NCBI GenBank assembly: GCA_964419495.1
Contig: CAYQQX010000008.1
Span: forward strand, 163-64,162
Direction of reading: 5' to 3'
Length of the DNA stretch: 64,000 bases
From: an uncultured Anaerolineales bacterium
Lineage (GTDB): Bacteria; Chloroflexota; Anaerolineae; Anaerolineales; UBA11858
Below are positions 1-9,177 of the stretch, in pieces (the first letter of the stretch is position 1; the number at the start of each line of letters is the position of its first letter). The notes under the pieces were generated by a model that was not told where the DNA came from, did not search any database, and was given only the letters and a program-made list of their open reading frames with translations. A program made the translations under genes and the position numbers.

Positions 1-893
1 TGAGCCAGTGAGATTTCGCCTGGGGTAGGCCAGTTGCCACCGCCCACCAGCCCGGCATGGGAGATAGTATGGTGCGGGGCCCGAAAGGGTCGCTGTTGGA
101 TCATGGGTACATCCGAAGGCAATTGGTCGGCGATGGAATAGATGCGGGTAACATCCAGCGCTTCATCGATGGTCATATGGGGCAGAACCCCCGGCATGGC
201 TCGCGCTAGTAAGGTTTTGCCTGATCCCGGTGGGCCAATCATCAACAGGTTGTGGGACCCTGATGCGGTGACTTCCAGGGCGCGTTTAACCTGCTCCTGA
301 CCTTTGATCTCTTTGAAGTCAGTGATGGGAATGCCATTGGTCAAACCCTCGGAAGCAGAGTCTATGTCCGGGGATAACACAGTCCCACCTGTCAGGTGGT
401 CATACAGCCTCGCCAGTGAGGGTACAGGAATCACCTCAAGGTCAGGGATCAACGCAGCTTCTGGTGCATCTGCTTCGGGAACAAATATTTGCTGATACCC
501 CTCTGCGCGGGCTAATGCGGCCATAGGTAACACTCCGCGCACGTGACGCACACTTCCATCCAGAGAAAGTTCTCCAATTACCAGGGCATCATTCAAGGCT
601 TGAAAAGGAAGTTGGGCAGTGGCGATCAGGATCCCTATCGCGATAGGTAGATCGTAGACCGGACCAGCTTTGCGCACCGTGGCTGGGGCCAGGTTGACCG
701 TCACCCGTTTGCGGGGAAACATAAACCCCGAGTTTTTGACCGCCGATTCGACGCGTTCGCGGCTTTCCTGTACGGCGGCATCGGGCAGGCCGACGATGGT
801 AGTTTTGGGTAAGCCACTCATGGTATCGACCTCGACTTCGACGACCACTCCGTTCAATCCGATTACAGCGCAGGAAAATACTCGGGCAAGCAT
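1..893 (-). CDS. comM: YifB/ComM-family Mg-chelatase-like AAA+ ATPase (N-terminal part; the gene runs off the left edge)
   Basis: Absent from the ORF track because it is edge-truncated. My reverse-strand translation from the ATG (complement of 891-893) reads MLARVFSCAVIGLNGVVVEVEVD..GLPDAAVQESRERV..NLAPATVRKAGPVYDLPIAIGIL..GELSLDGSVRHVRG..IKGQEQVKRALEVTASGSHNLLMIGPPGSGKTLLARAMPGVLP. This gives the Lon-like N-domain and Walker A typical of ComM/YifB. Confidence 0.85.
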   Translation of the reverse strand, partial: MLARVFSCAVIGLNGVVVEVEVDTMSGLPKTTIVGLPDAAVQESRERVESAVKNSGFMFPRKRVTVNLAPATVRKAGPVYDLPIAIGILIATAQLPFQALNDALVIGELSLDGSVRHVRGVLPMAALARAEGYQQIFVPEADAPEAALIPDLEVIPVPSLARLYDHLTGGTVLSPDIDSASEGLTNGIPITDFKEIKGQEQVKRALEVTASGSHNLLMIGPPGSGKTLLARAMPGVLPHMTIDEALDVTRIYSIADQLPSDVPMIQQRPFRAPHHTISHAGLVGGGNWPTPGEISLA

Positions 894-1084
894 ATATAAA
901 GTGTAGATGGAGGAACGACAAATGTCAATATCAATTATTTATTTTTGATAAACATGCAATAATCTTAAAAATTACAAATGCAGTATATAAAAGTTGCAAA
1001 ATATAATATAATGGATATGATGATATTTCCTTGATTAGGCCGTTCATAAATATTTTTTCAGGTCAATTTGTGAGGAATTTGAAA

Positions 1085-1342
1085 ATGATAAATAAGTTTA
1101 GAAAAAAACCAGTTGTTATTGAAGCAATTCAATTTGATGCCACAAGAAAAAACTTGGCAATTCTAATCGACTTTGTTGCACAACGAAACTTATATTTTGA
1201 TCCAGAAAAAGAACAAGTAATCATCAAAACGCTTGAAGGAGAACACATTGCATCCAAAGGAGATTGGATTATCAAGGGGGTTCAGGGTGAGTGCTATCCT
1301 TGCAAACCAGATATTTTTGAGCAGACTTATGAGCCTGTGTAA
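1085..1342 (+). CDS. small conserved hypothetical protein (phage-associated type, 85 aa)
   Basis: The internal ATG at 1085 is preceded by GAGGAA. Product: MINKFRKKPVVIEAIQF...KGDWIIKGVQGECYPCKPDIFEQTYEPV. I recall the KKPV.IEA.QF ... GDWI..G..GE.YPCKPDIF pattern from small phage or prophage proteins. The region is AT-rich. Confidence 0.6.
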   Translation: MINKFRKKPVVIEAIQFDATRKNLAILIDFVAQRNLYFDPEKEQVIIKTLEGEHIASKGDWIIKGVQGECYPCKPDIFEQTYEPV

Positions 1343-1393
1343 TGTTCTTTTTGTTGGATTCTTGAAACTGTCAAAGACTGGAAGGAGCCTGAG

Positions 1394-4300
1394 ATGATTG
1401 GGAAATCAAAGCAATTTTTAAGTGTAATTCTATTGATTTTTGTTTTCGCGATACCGGGAAAAGTTTGGGCAGAAGAAGAACTGCCCCCGGCCAATCCTGG
1501 AGGCCGTATCACTGGGCCGATTATCACTGGGGTGAATCCTGATCCAGATCCGACAGAAGGGCAGCTTTCTGAAATTGAAATTACTGGGGGTGTACAGCAG
1601 CAATCTCTAGGTGTGTCGGTGTCATCGGAAACACCCCCATTGATGAATGTTGCTGAACAAATGGTTATTGAGGCCCCTTTGATGGAAAGCTCCCTGGCAG
1701 TACCGATGCGCGTTCAAGATCCCTTGGATGTATCCTGTGGTGTGCAGGCGTTGGGTATGGTGATGGATTACCTGGCATTGGATGAAGGTCAAGAAGCTGC
1801 GCCAAGATCAGAAGAGCTTTTAACTGCACTCAAAGATGGGAGTCTGTTGCACGAGTGGGGTACAGGCGTGGAAGAGTTGGCCTATGTAGCTCGACAGAAA
1901 GGTTATGCTGGTTCATATAGTTTCCATGATTGGACGTTGGGGCAAATTCAAAATCAACTAGCGTTAGGCCGTCCGGTAGTTGTATCGCTGGGTGTAAATG
2001 GTGAAGGGAAGCCAGGACACTTTGTGACCGTTACCGGGATCTCAGAAGATGGTCAATGGGTGAGTTACAACGACCCTGCTAGAGGCAGAATCACAGTGCC
2101 AACGGCTGAATTCATGGTGCATTGGAGTTGGCAGGGGTACTCGGGTATGATAACCCAACGAGAAGCACTGGTGAAGAAAGCGGACCCCATGCTGCCAGTG
2201 ATGGGGATGTTCAGTGCTTTATCAGCGATGACGGTGATGTTCTCGAACCTATCGAAGCAGCAGCAAGGCTTATTGCAAGTGCTGCGTCCCAAAGGGGGCG
2301 GAGTTCCGCTGGTGAAGCGCTCGCGGGGTCGAAGCCCGCGAGTGCGCAACCTTGAGAAAGCTCAGCAGCTCCGCAGGCCTGGCAGTCGTGCCTGGCCTAC
2401 GGGAGAGGGTCGACCCGTACCGGGGAAGCTGAGTAGGCATAAACGACCCAATGCGGTGCGCCAGAAGAGGAAGAAACCTGTGCAGCGCGCGAGTGGATTG
2501 GTCACCTGGCGTTCGCAAGCGTTCCCTTCAGCAAAAGAGCAAAAAATGGCCGCTGATCAACTACACCGCAAACGCGCTGAAGTTGTGCAAGCCGAAAAAC
2601 AGTCCCGGGATCTGGTTTCGAGCGCCGAAGCTAGCGGCCACAGGTTGGTTTTCCGGGCACAGAGCGCGTTAGTTCAGTCACAAAGACACTCAGAAATCTA
2701 TCAGCAACAGGCGCGTCAGCGTGGTGACAGGACAGTGGCACAGGCGCGCAGAGAGTATGCCCAGGCGCAGAACAGGGCCAAGGTGATGCTCGCTCAGGCG
2801 CGCAGCCAGGGGGCTGCATGGGTGCGAACTGCAAATCGTAAACTGAATCAGGCGCGCAGTACGGCGGGGTCCTGGCTGAGCAATGCGGTACGTCGCGGGC
2901 GGGGCTTGACTCAATCGGCTAATCATCGACTCAGGCAGGCGTACAGAAGGGGGAAGTATTATTCACGCCGGGTATGGCGTCGCAGCGGCAGATGGGGCAA
3001 GTGGACAAAAATTTTTGGCCGCCGGCGAGGGCGCGGGAACCGGCTGGTAGCGGGCGCACAACGGAATGTTAGCAGAGAGCACCGTCGTTCCAGGAACTCC
3101 TCGGCCCGTTGGCGCAATCGCAAGATGTCCGGTGCGCAGGGTAATTTCAGCAGAGCAGTATACCGTCGAACCAGTAACTATTGGTTTTATAAGCGAGGGC
3201 GAGGTAACCGACTGGTGACCGATGCCCAGCGGGATGTAGTTAAAGCGCAGGGCCGGGCAAATCGCTTGATGGGGTCAACCCAGGCGCGCGCTAACCGTCT
3301 TATCAGCCAAGCCAGGAGTAAACTCAAACGAACTCAAGCCAAGGCTGCCCGATTGCTGGAAAAGTCCCGGCAACGCGGGCGCGAACTGGTTGGCAAGGCT
3401 AGCGGCGATCTGGCAGCCGCCCGTCGGCAGAAGCTGAGTCAGATCAAACAGGCTAAGAAGCGTGGTGCAGCACTGGTCGCCAAGGCGCGCAGTGCTGTGC
3501 AAAGGGCGCAAGCGAGGCTCATTCAACCGTTGGTACGCCAATTGGCTTTACGCAGAATAATTGAGCTGGAAGTGATCAAGAGGCGCATTGCTATGATGAT
3601 AGACTTGATGCGCCGCTTTTTGTCAAACCCTAAGCGTTTGGGCATTGGGGGTGGGATTAGACTGTCAGATCTGAGGGCCAGGGTCAGCCGGGCCGGAAAA
3701 TCGAGGTTTTCAAAACCCAGGTCGGTTGTAAAAACAATATCCAAACCCCCCTCCAAACCGGAGAAACGCGAACAGGAACCGGATCCGAGGCCAAGCTGGA
3801 GAGCCGCAGCGGCGTTAGCGGCCGAGCGCCAGGCCGCTGCCCGAGCTGCCCAGGCGGAGCAGGAGCGGGTAGCGCGTCTCAAGCGAGAAGCAGAGGCAGA
3901 AGCACAACGAAAAGCAACTGAGGAGGCAGCTCGCAATGCTGCAGCAGAAGCAGCAAATCAGAGAGCCGCAGCAGCGTTAGCGGCCGAGCGCCAAGCTGCT
4001 GCCCGAGCCGCCCAGGCGGAGCAGGAGCGGGTGGCTGCGCTGAAACGTAATCAGCGATCTCAATCCGCTGGGACAAGTCTCAATGCTGGGAGTGTGAAAG
4101 GAACGAATGGTGGGAATGCCAATTCAGTTGCTTCGAATCCACCTATCAGCCAACCTAAATCTGCAGCTAACGTGCAAGCAAGCCAGGCAACGCAAGCTGT
4201 CAATACACCTGGCGCTTCTGTTTTCGCTGGCGATTTAGGCGATGCCGAAGTGCGCGCACAAATTGCAGCGGTGGGCGGGGATCCCAACATGGATATTAAA

Positions 4301-6505
4301 CAGGCGCGTGCCATCATCCACAATGCTCGCATTGCCTCGAAATTTCGGGCACAGCAAATGGAACAGGAACGGTATCAGAACGCTAAAGAAAACCTGCCGA
4401 CTTTAATGGCGAAACTCCCTAAAGATGAACTCCAGGCTGGGTTTGGTATAACAGCTAATCAGCAAGTAGAGCAAGCGCGGCGTCAGCATGCTGTCGAGAA
4501 CCTGCCAGGGCTGTTTGTCAAGCTACCTCGAGAAGAATTATTTGCCGGATTGGGTTTGTTAGCTAAGCAGCCAGCCCAACAAAGAGAGCAGGATCGCCGC
4601 CAGAAAGCCGTAGCCAATTTGCCTGATTTGTTTGATATGCTGTCGCAAGATGAACTTTTAAGGGGTACAAATCTATTGGAGAGGCAGCAAAGAATGGCAA
4701 TGGCAAATTCGCTGGCCAGTTGGAAATCGGTGGATATGGCCAATACAGCAGAGGTCATTGCCAGAAGAGAGAGGAGTTGGTGGCAGAATGCGGTGATAGA
4801 CACTGCCAGCCTGTGGCAGAAATTCGATCAGTCTGCTGGTCAATGGGTCAGAGATAAATTCCGCAGACCCACGCAAAACTATGCCAATTGGGTGCAAAAT
4901 CCGAACCAACTGCTGGAGATAGACGCAGCGACGCGTAATGTGCAAACAGTTGCAGTGCCGTCTTTCTGGTTACACCCTGTTGACTGGTTGCAGTCCAAGC
5001 TGATCAATACGGGACGACAAAATAAACAAAACGAGAAAAAGATCATAGCAATTGCGAATCGCAATAATACTCTTACTTCGAGATCACAACAAGCTGTTGC
5101 ATCTCTATTTGCTAGCACAATTCAGTCGATTGGTATAGTTCACCAGCAATCAAGATCAAGAGCTATGGTTGGATTGGAACCTCTACCACAAGGAATTAAA
5201 AATCACTGGCATTTGGTTGGAAACACCTTCTTCAATGCATTAAATTTCGCAAGTATGGGCATATTAGATACGACGCGAAAGGCGTTTAGTTCAAACACGG
5301 CCCGATTGATATATGCATCTACATTAATGGCCATCAATGAGGCTATTGCGCACACTAGCCATCACAGTTTGCGTGTATTAACTGAGAAACGGTTTTCCCA
5401 TCGTTTGGGGGCATCAGCAGAAGCGGCTTTTGGTTTATTCAATCTTATTAGTTTTGGAGCACTGGGAGATATTCGATATGGGATGAAGGAGAAAGACTGG
5501 CTGCGCGTCGCTGGCGGAACTGTTGGGCTTATTCCCTTTTTAGGAATAGCAAGAGGCGGTCATGTATTATATCAAGGTGGAAAATCTGCATTACGAGCAG
5601 TGGGAACATCTCTGTTCACCCGTGGCGCTAGTGGTAGTATATCTCAAGCAGTTCGAGGATCTTGGGATGATGTTTTGCGTTTCTTGCGTCATCAGCGAGT
5701 ACAGGATTTTAGAAGAATTATGCCAATTGTGGGATATGATGTTGCCCGAGCACAGAAGCTATCATCATTGATCACCCAAGCTGATGAAATTAGTGATGGT
5801 ATCATGTTTGCACGTGAGATCAACCAAGGTATCGCGAACGATGATCCATTGCAAATTGCATTAGGATTATTCTTTGGTTTGACAACTGGGGTTGGCATAG
5901 CTACTAATAAGCTTACTCGTCCAGGATTATCAAATACCGAAATTTTTACACTATTACAACAGAGCAGTCGATCAGAAATCCAGATATTGGAAATTTATAA
6001 ATCTCGTTATGGTTATTCGACGACGGCAGAGATTAGAAAAGCATATCTAGATGCAAGTATATTTAGAAAACTTGAGTCGCCTCCAGGAATGTTAAACAAA
6101 TATGTACTTAGAGATCTATTTAGCAACGGATATGGATTGGACGATTTGCCAGAAGCCAAACTGGATGCATTGCTAGAATATTTCAAAACCCCTCAAGGCC
6201 AAGAATTTTGGTTAAATGATACTATGTATTTGGGGCGGCAGTTTGATATATATGAGTTTATGAGTGGGAATACAAGCTTGAATGGGATTTCACTCCATAG
6301 CTATGACAGCTATTCGGGATATTTGAATGAAGGCCTGATTGATTTAGCGAATTCCGTGGGCTATCAAGCACGCGGAATTTCAACAGTTATGGGAGTTGAA
6401 ACCAGCGTAACCATGAACGAGTATTTGTATTTGATGAGCAAGTATCAGAATATATTTGATCTAGATGGAAATAGGCTTACTATAGAAGGTTTTGCCCGCA
6501 AATAA
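1394..6505 (+). CDS. giant mosaic membrane/secreted protein (1703 aa) with an N-terminal C39-like cysteine peptidase and a polymorphic-toxin-like C-terminus
   Basis: RBS GGAAGGAG lies upstream. Signal peptide MIGKSKQFLSVILLIFVFAIPGKVWA. C39-like catalytic motifs QDPLDVSCGVQALGMVMDYL and GHFVTVTGISEDGQWVSYNDPARG. Hydrophobic helix MLPVMGMFSALSAMTVMFSNL. The rest comprises about 500 aa rich in Arg/Lys/Gln/Ala, internal repeats, a GGTVGLIPFLGIARGG motif and an AT-rich tail. Confidence 0.85.
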   Translation: MIGKSKQFLSVILLIFVFAIPGKVWAEEELPPANPGGRITGPIITGVNPDPDPTEGQLSEIEITGGVQQQSLGVSVSSETPPLMNVAEQMVIEAPLMESSLAVPMRVQDPLDVSCGVQALGMVMDYLALDEGQEAAPRSEELLTALKDGSLLHEWGTGVEELAYVARQKGYAGSYSFHDWTLGQIQNQLALGRPVVVSLGVNGEGKPGHFVTVTGISEDGQWVSYNDPARGRITVPTAEFMVHWSWQGYSGMITQREALVKKADPMLPVMGMFSALSAMTVMFSNLSKQQQGLLQVLRPKGGGVPLVKRSRGRSPRVRNLEKAQQLRRPGSRAWPTGEGRPVPGKLSRHKRPNAVRQKRKKPVQRASGLVTWRSQAFPSAKEQKMAADQLHRKRAEVVQAEKQSRDLVSSAEASGHRLVFRAQSALVQSQRHSEIYQQQARQRGDRTVAQARREYAQAQNRAKVMLAQARSQGAAWVRTANRKLNQARSTAGSWLSNAVRRGRGLTQSANHRLRQAYRRGKYYSRRVWRRSGRWGKWTKIFGRRRGRGNRLVAGAQRNVSREHRRSRNSSARWRNRKMSGAQGNFSRAVYRRTSNYWFYKRGRGNRLVTDAQRDVVKAQGRANRLMGSTQARANRLISQARSKLKRTQAKAARLLEKSRQRGRELVGKASGDLAAARRQKLSQIKQAKKRGAALVAKARSAVQRAQARLIQPLVRQLALRRIIELEVIKRRIAMMIDLMRRFLSNPKRLGIGGGIRLSDLRARVSRAGKSRFSKPRSVVKTISKPPSKPEKREQEPDPRPSWRAAAALAAERQAAARAAQAEQERVARLKREAEAEAQRKATEEAARNAAAEAANQRAAAALAAERQAAARAAQAEQERVAALKRNQRSQSAGTSLNAGSVKGTNGGNANSVASNPPISQPKSAANVQASQATQAVNTPGASVFAGDLGDAEVRAQIAAVGGDPNMDIKQARAIIHNARIASKFRAQQMEQERYQNAKENLPTLMAKLPKDELQAGFGITANQQVEQARRQHAVENLPGLFVKLPREELFAGLGLLAKQPAQQREQDRRQKAVANLPDLFDMLSQDELLRGTNLLERQQRMAMANSLASWKSVDMANTAEVIARRERSWWQNAVIDTASLWQKFDQSAGQWVRDKFRRPTQNYANWVQNPNQLLEIDAATRNVQTVAVPSFWLHPVDWLQSKLINTGRQNKQNEKKIIAIANRNNTLTSRSQQAVASLFASTIQSIGIVHQQSRSRAMVGLEPLPQGIKNHWHLVGNTFFNALNFASMGILDTTRKAFSSNTARLIYASTLMAINEAIAHTSHHSLRVLTEKRFSHRLGASAEAAFGLFNLISFGALGDIRYGMKEKDWLRVAGGTVGLIPFLGIARGGHVLYQGGKSALRAVGTSLFTRGASGSISQAVRGSWDDVLRFLRHQRVQDFRRIMPIVGYDVARAQKLSSLITQADEISDGIMFAREINQGIANDDPLQIALGLFFGLTTGVGIATNKLTRPGLSNTEIFTLLQQSSRSEIQILEIYKSRYGYSTTAEIRKAYLDASIFRKLESPPGMLNKYVLRDLFSNGYGLDDLPEAKLDALLEYFKTPQGQEFWLNDTMYLGRQFDIYEFMSGNTSLNGISLHSYDSYSGYLNEGLIDLANSVGYQARGISTVMGVETSVTMNEYLYLMSKYQNIFDLDGNRLTIEGFARK
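3026..3233 (+). repeat. intragenic duplication in the Arg-rich region (RGRGNRLV..AQR motif, copies 56 codons apart)
   Basis: cgagggcgcgggaaccggctggta.. at 3026 matches cgagggcgaggtaaccgactggtg.. at 3194. Peptides: GRRRGRGNRLVAGAQRNV and YKRGRGNRLVTDAQRDV. Confidence 0.7.
3799..4036 (+). repeat. two ~75-nt near-identical copies 162 nt (54 codons) apart inside the giant gene
   Basis: gagagccgcagcggcgttagcggccgagcgccaggccgctgcccgagctgcccaggcggagcaggagcgggt (3799-) matches the copy at 3961-. Both encode RAAAALAAERQAAARAAQAEQERVA. Confidence 0.85.
4385..4700 (+). repeat. three tandem 36-39-codon units (ENLPxLxxKLPxxELxxGxG...Q..R)
   Basis: Units: KENLPTLMAKLPKDELQAGFGITANQQVEQARRQH, AVENLPGLFVKLPREELFAGLGLLAKQPAQQREQDRRQK and AVANLPDLFDMLSQDELLRGTNLLERQQ. 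The E/A-N-L-P anchors are at 4388, 4496 and 4613. Confidence 0.75.
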
Positions 6506-6519
6506 AAGGATGTCAACAT

Positions 6520-7101
6520 ATGAGTTATTTTAAAGATATCGAAGAATCCAAGTTTGTTTCTTGTATTCGTGAAAATTATGATTTCTTAATTGATGAATAT
6601 GGATTTGTATATGAATCGAATGATAGTCGAGAACATCACTATAGATCTGAGAGATGTAGAATATCAATCTTTTACTACCGTTATGAGTTGGATATCTCAA
6701 TATCTCCACGAAAAGAAGGGCTGGAGCAAATTATCACAAAGGAAAGATTCTCAGGAAAAGATGTTGGGTTAGTAGCATTTCAGTTTGGTGCAGATGGGCC
6801 AACGCGCTTGTCGGACGCCCATGTGGAGAGGCTCATTGTTGCAGAACTTGAGTTGCGAGCAAAGCAGGTAATAGAGTATTGTAAACCTTTTCTGCAGGGA
6901 GATTTTTCCAATTGGCCTGCTCATTTTAGGTTATGGACTGTAGATCCGGAAGAAATTCGACATCGCTTTGAGGGGCTAAGTTTCGATGAACAATATGACC
7001 TATATTGGAACACGCCATCGGAGGAGACAAAATATTTGGACACTCTGTTACAGGGAAAGTTTATGAAAGAAAAGCTTAGAAGGAAAAAAGAAGGTAAGTA
7101 G
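6520..7101 (+). CDS. hypothetical protein (193 aa); immunity-protein candidate by position
   Basis: It starts 14 nt after the giant gene stop and shares the AT-rich composition of that gene's C-terminal module. There is no signal peptide. I recognise no family. Confidence 0.6.
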   Translation: MSYFKDIEESKFVSCIRENYDFLIDEYGFVYESNDSREHHYRSERCRISIFYYRYELDISISPRKEGLEQIITKERFSGKDVGLVAFQFGADGPTRLSDAHVERLIVAELELRAKQVIEYCKPFLQGDFSNWPAHFRLWTVDPEEIRHRFEGLSFDEQYDLYWNTPSEETKYLDTLLQGKFMKEKLRRKKEGK

Positions 7102-7315
7102 CATTCTCATACCCAACCGCTCCACCATCGCCGCCGTTAGGCAGTCATTTACAGCCTGCGTAACTGAGGCTGTTGTGTTGCCACTGAAGCCGGGGTTATT
7201 TGCTGGTGACCTGAGCAATGCTGAGTTTCAGCGCTCTTTTACTGCCATGACCAAGATTTGCAGCTATGCCGCAAAAACTATGAAAATACTGTGATAATAA
7301 AAGGATGTACTGACT

Positions 7316-7738
7316 ATGAATAACAAAAAAAGAAAAGAAATGGCTGCCATAGTACGAACAATAGCAACAGAATCTATCCGTAGTTCGGGAGACAGACTTG
7401 TGTTGGGCAGGCCCAATGATTGCATTCAAAATGCTCTGGACTATGGTGGTTTTTTCATTGATGCAGGGCCAGAAGTCATAAACATTCTTGATCAGGCGGG
7501 AATTGATCCAGCAATCGTTTATATTGAAGCGCTGAAAATAAAAATGGAAATGGGAATTCCGCGTGTTGATTTCATAAATATAAACCACGACGCGCAATTG
7601 AGTAAACAGGTGGATGATTGGAATGCCGATCCTTCAATTGCTATTCAGCAAATGCAATGGATGATCAAGAATGCTGGTGAATACGGATATCAAAGAAAGG
7701 GTGACAGTTGGATATTGAATGATGAGCAATCTGACTGA
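7316..7738 (+). CDS. hypothetical protein (140 aa)
   Basis: An AT-rich ORF with AAAAGGA upstream. It ends 9 nt before cpaB. I recognise no family. Confidence 0.5.
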   Translation: MNNKKRKEMAAIVRTIATESIRSSGDRLVLGRPNDCIQNALDYGGFFIDAGPEVINILDQAGIDPAIVYIEALKIKMEMGIPRVDFININHDAQLSKQVDDWNADPSIAIQQMQWMIKNAGEYGYQRKGDSWILNDEQSD

Positions 7739-7747
7739 AATCCAACC

Positions 7748-8410
7748 ATGCCCCCTCGCTCCCCCCTAACCACCCCTGACTGGCAGGCCGCTGTCCGTCG
7801 GCGCACGCAGTTCTACCTGCTGATCGCCTTCTTTCTGGCGGTCTTGTTTGGCGTGCTGGTTTTCCAGTTCTTCATGCAGCAGCGCGCTGCCCAGCCAGAG
7901 GTACTCACCAAGGCCGTCTTCGCTAACCAGGAGATCCCCATGGGGGAGGCCATCACTGCTGAAATGCTGGTGGAGCGCAATGTGCCCGGCGAGGCCGTGC
8001 CGCCGCTGCATTACAGTTTTATCGAACAGGTCGTAGGGCGGGTGACGCTCTACCCCCTGGTGGCCGGCGAGGTGATCCTGCCCGGTAAGCTGCTGGGCGA
8101 TACCGGTGGACCCGTTGCGCAGCGCTGTCCGTCTGGGTATTGGTGTATCAGCATCCCGGAGGCGTGGTTCGTAGCCACCCCGCCTGATCTGGCCGAAGGC
8201 GACAGCCTTGAGATCGCCGCGGTGCAGCCCGGCAACCCGGCCGATGAAGCTGGGTATATCGCCACCGAAGTGCTGGTCGTGGCCCTGCCCCATGGGGGTG
8301 AGGGCAGTGCTTATATACTGGCAGTCGATGACCAGGAGGCCTTGTCGATTTTGTACGCCCATGCCAATGAATTTAAGTTGCTGGTGCTGCTGCGCCCGGC
8401 GGGGAGTTAG
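7748..8410 (+). CDS. cpaB: Flp pilus assembly protein CpaB/RcpC-like (SAF domain)
   Basis: An N-terminal TM helix (FYLLIAFFLAVLFGVLVFQFF) is followed by a SAF-like segment (IPMGEAITAEMLVERNVP...VAGEVILPGKL). The gene is first in the tad gene order. Confidence 0.75.
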   Translation: MPPRSPLTTPDWQAAVRRRTQFYLLIAFFLAVLFGVLVFQFFMQQRAAQPEVLTKAVFANQEIPMGEAITAEMLVERNVPGEAVPPLHYSFIEQVVGRVTLYPLVAGEVILPGKLLGDTGGPVAQRCPSGYWCISIPEAWFVATPPDLAEGDSLEIAAVQPGNPADEAGYIATEVLVVALPHGGEGSAYILAVDDQEALSILYAHANEFKLLVLLRPAGS

Positions 8411-8412
8411 CC

Positions 8413-9177
8413 ATGGGCGTCGTCCTGGGAGTCTTCTCAGCAAAGGGTGGTGTAGGCAAGAGCCTGGTGGCTAGCAATCTGGGGGCGGTCTTCGCCGGAG
8501 GGCATCAGTTCCCCACGGCATTGATCGATCTCAATGCCGGTTTGGGGTCAGCCGATCTGCTCCTGGACTTGGAACCCGAACGCAGTTGGTCAGATTTATT
8601 GCTCGTAGCGGAGGAGCTCACCCCGCAGCATATCAACCTGGCCACCACAAAACATGAGTCTGGGCTGCATCTTCTGGCCTGCCCAGAAGTCCCTGATGAT
8701 CAGGTGAAGATCACCAGAGATTCGCTTGAAGCCTTGTTGAGCGCCTTTCGCCAGGAATACGCCGTGACCCTGTTGGATGTCCCTACCGGGATGGGAGTCA
8801 TCAATGTGTCTGCTTTCCATCTGGTCGATATTGCCCTGGTCTTGATCACACCCGATGCGCCTGCATTGCGGGCTACGCAAAGTTATCTGAACTCACTCTC
8901 CAAGCATGAAAGGCCGCTTGGTCTCGTGCTCAACCAATACGGACGCGGCGCACCGGTCAGCCCCAAGGAAATCGAGGCCCATTTCGAAAGGAGGCTCTAT
9001 GCCATTCTACCGGTAGATCAGAGCGCGGTCTGGGCTAACGTCAGCTACGGTCAGCCCTGCGCGCTCAGGCAAAGAAGGGGCTTGGGACGGGCTTTGCGAA
9101 GTTTATCGAAAACCGTGCTCAAGGTCGCCAAACGTTCGCGAAATTGGGATTACAGCGACCGTTTTAATAGTGCTTAG
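8413..9177 (+). CDS. tadZ: TadZ/CpaE-like ParA/MinD-family ATPase
   Basis: It has the deviant Walker A FSAKGGVGKSLVASNLG. It sits between cpaB and cpaF. Confidence 0.8.
   Translation: MGVVLGVFSAKGGVGKSLVASNLGAVFAGGHQFPTALIDLNAGLGSADLLLDLEPERSWSDLLLVAEELTPQHINLATTKHESGLHLLACPEVPDDQVKITRDSLEALLSAFRQEYAVTLLDVPTGMGVINVSAFHLVDIALVLITPDAPALRATQSYLNSLSKHERPLGLVLNQYGRGAPVSPKEIEAHFERRLYAILPVDQSAVWANVSYGQPCALRQRRGLGRALRSLSKTVLKVAKRSRNWDYSDRFNSA

Noticed and set aside
7103-7292. An open frame without a start codon ending ..PLKPGLFAGDLSNAEFQRSFTAMTKICSYAAKTMKIL*. Its FAGDL..AE string echoes ..GASVFAGDLGDAEVRAQIAAV.. in the giant protein (about 4210-4260), so it might be a remnant of a second toxin-like gene.
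   Set aside because: The similarity is only about 7 of 12 residues over one short stretch, with nothing on either side. That is too weak to call a pseudogene. It is worth a quick TBLASTN but is not reported as a feature.
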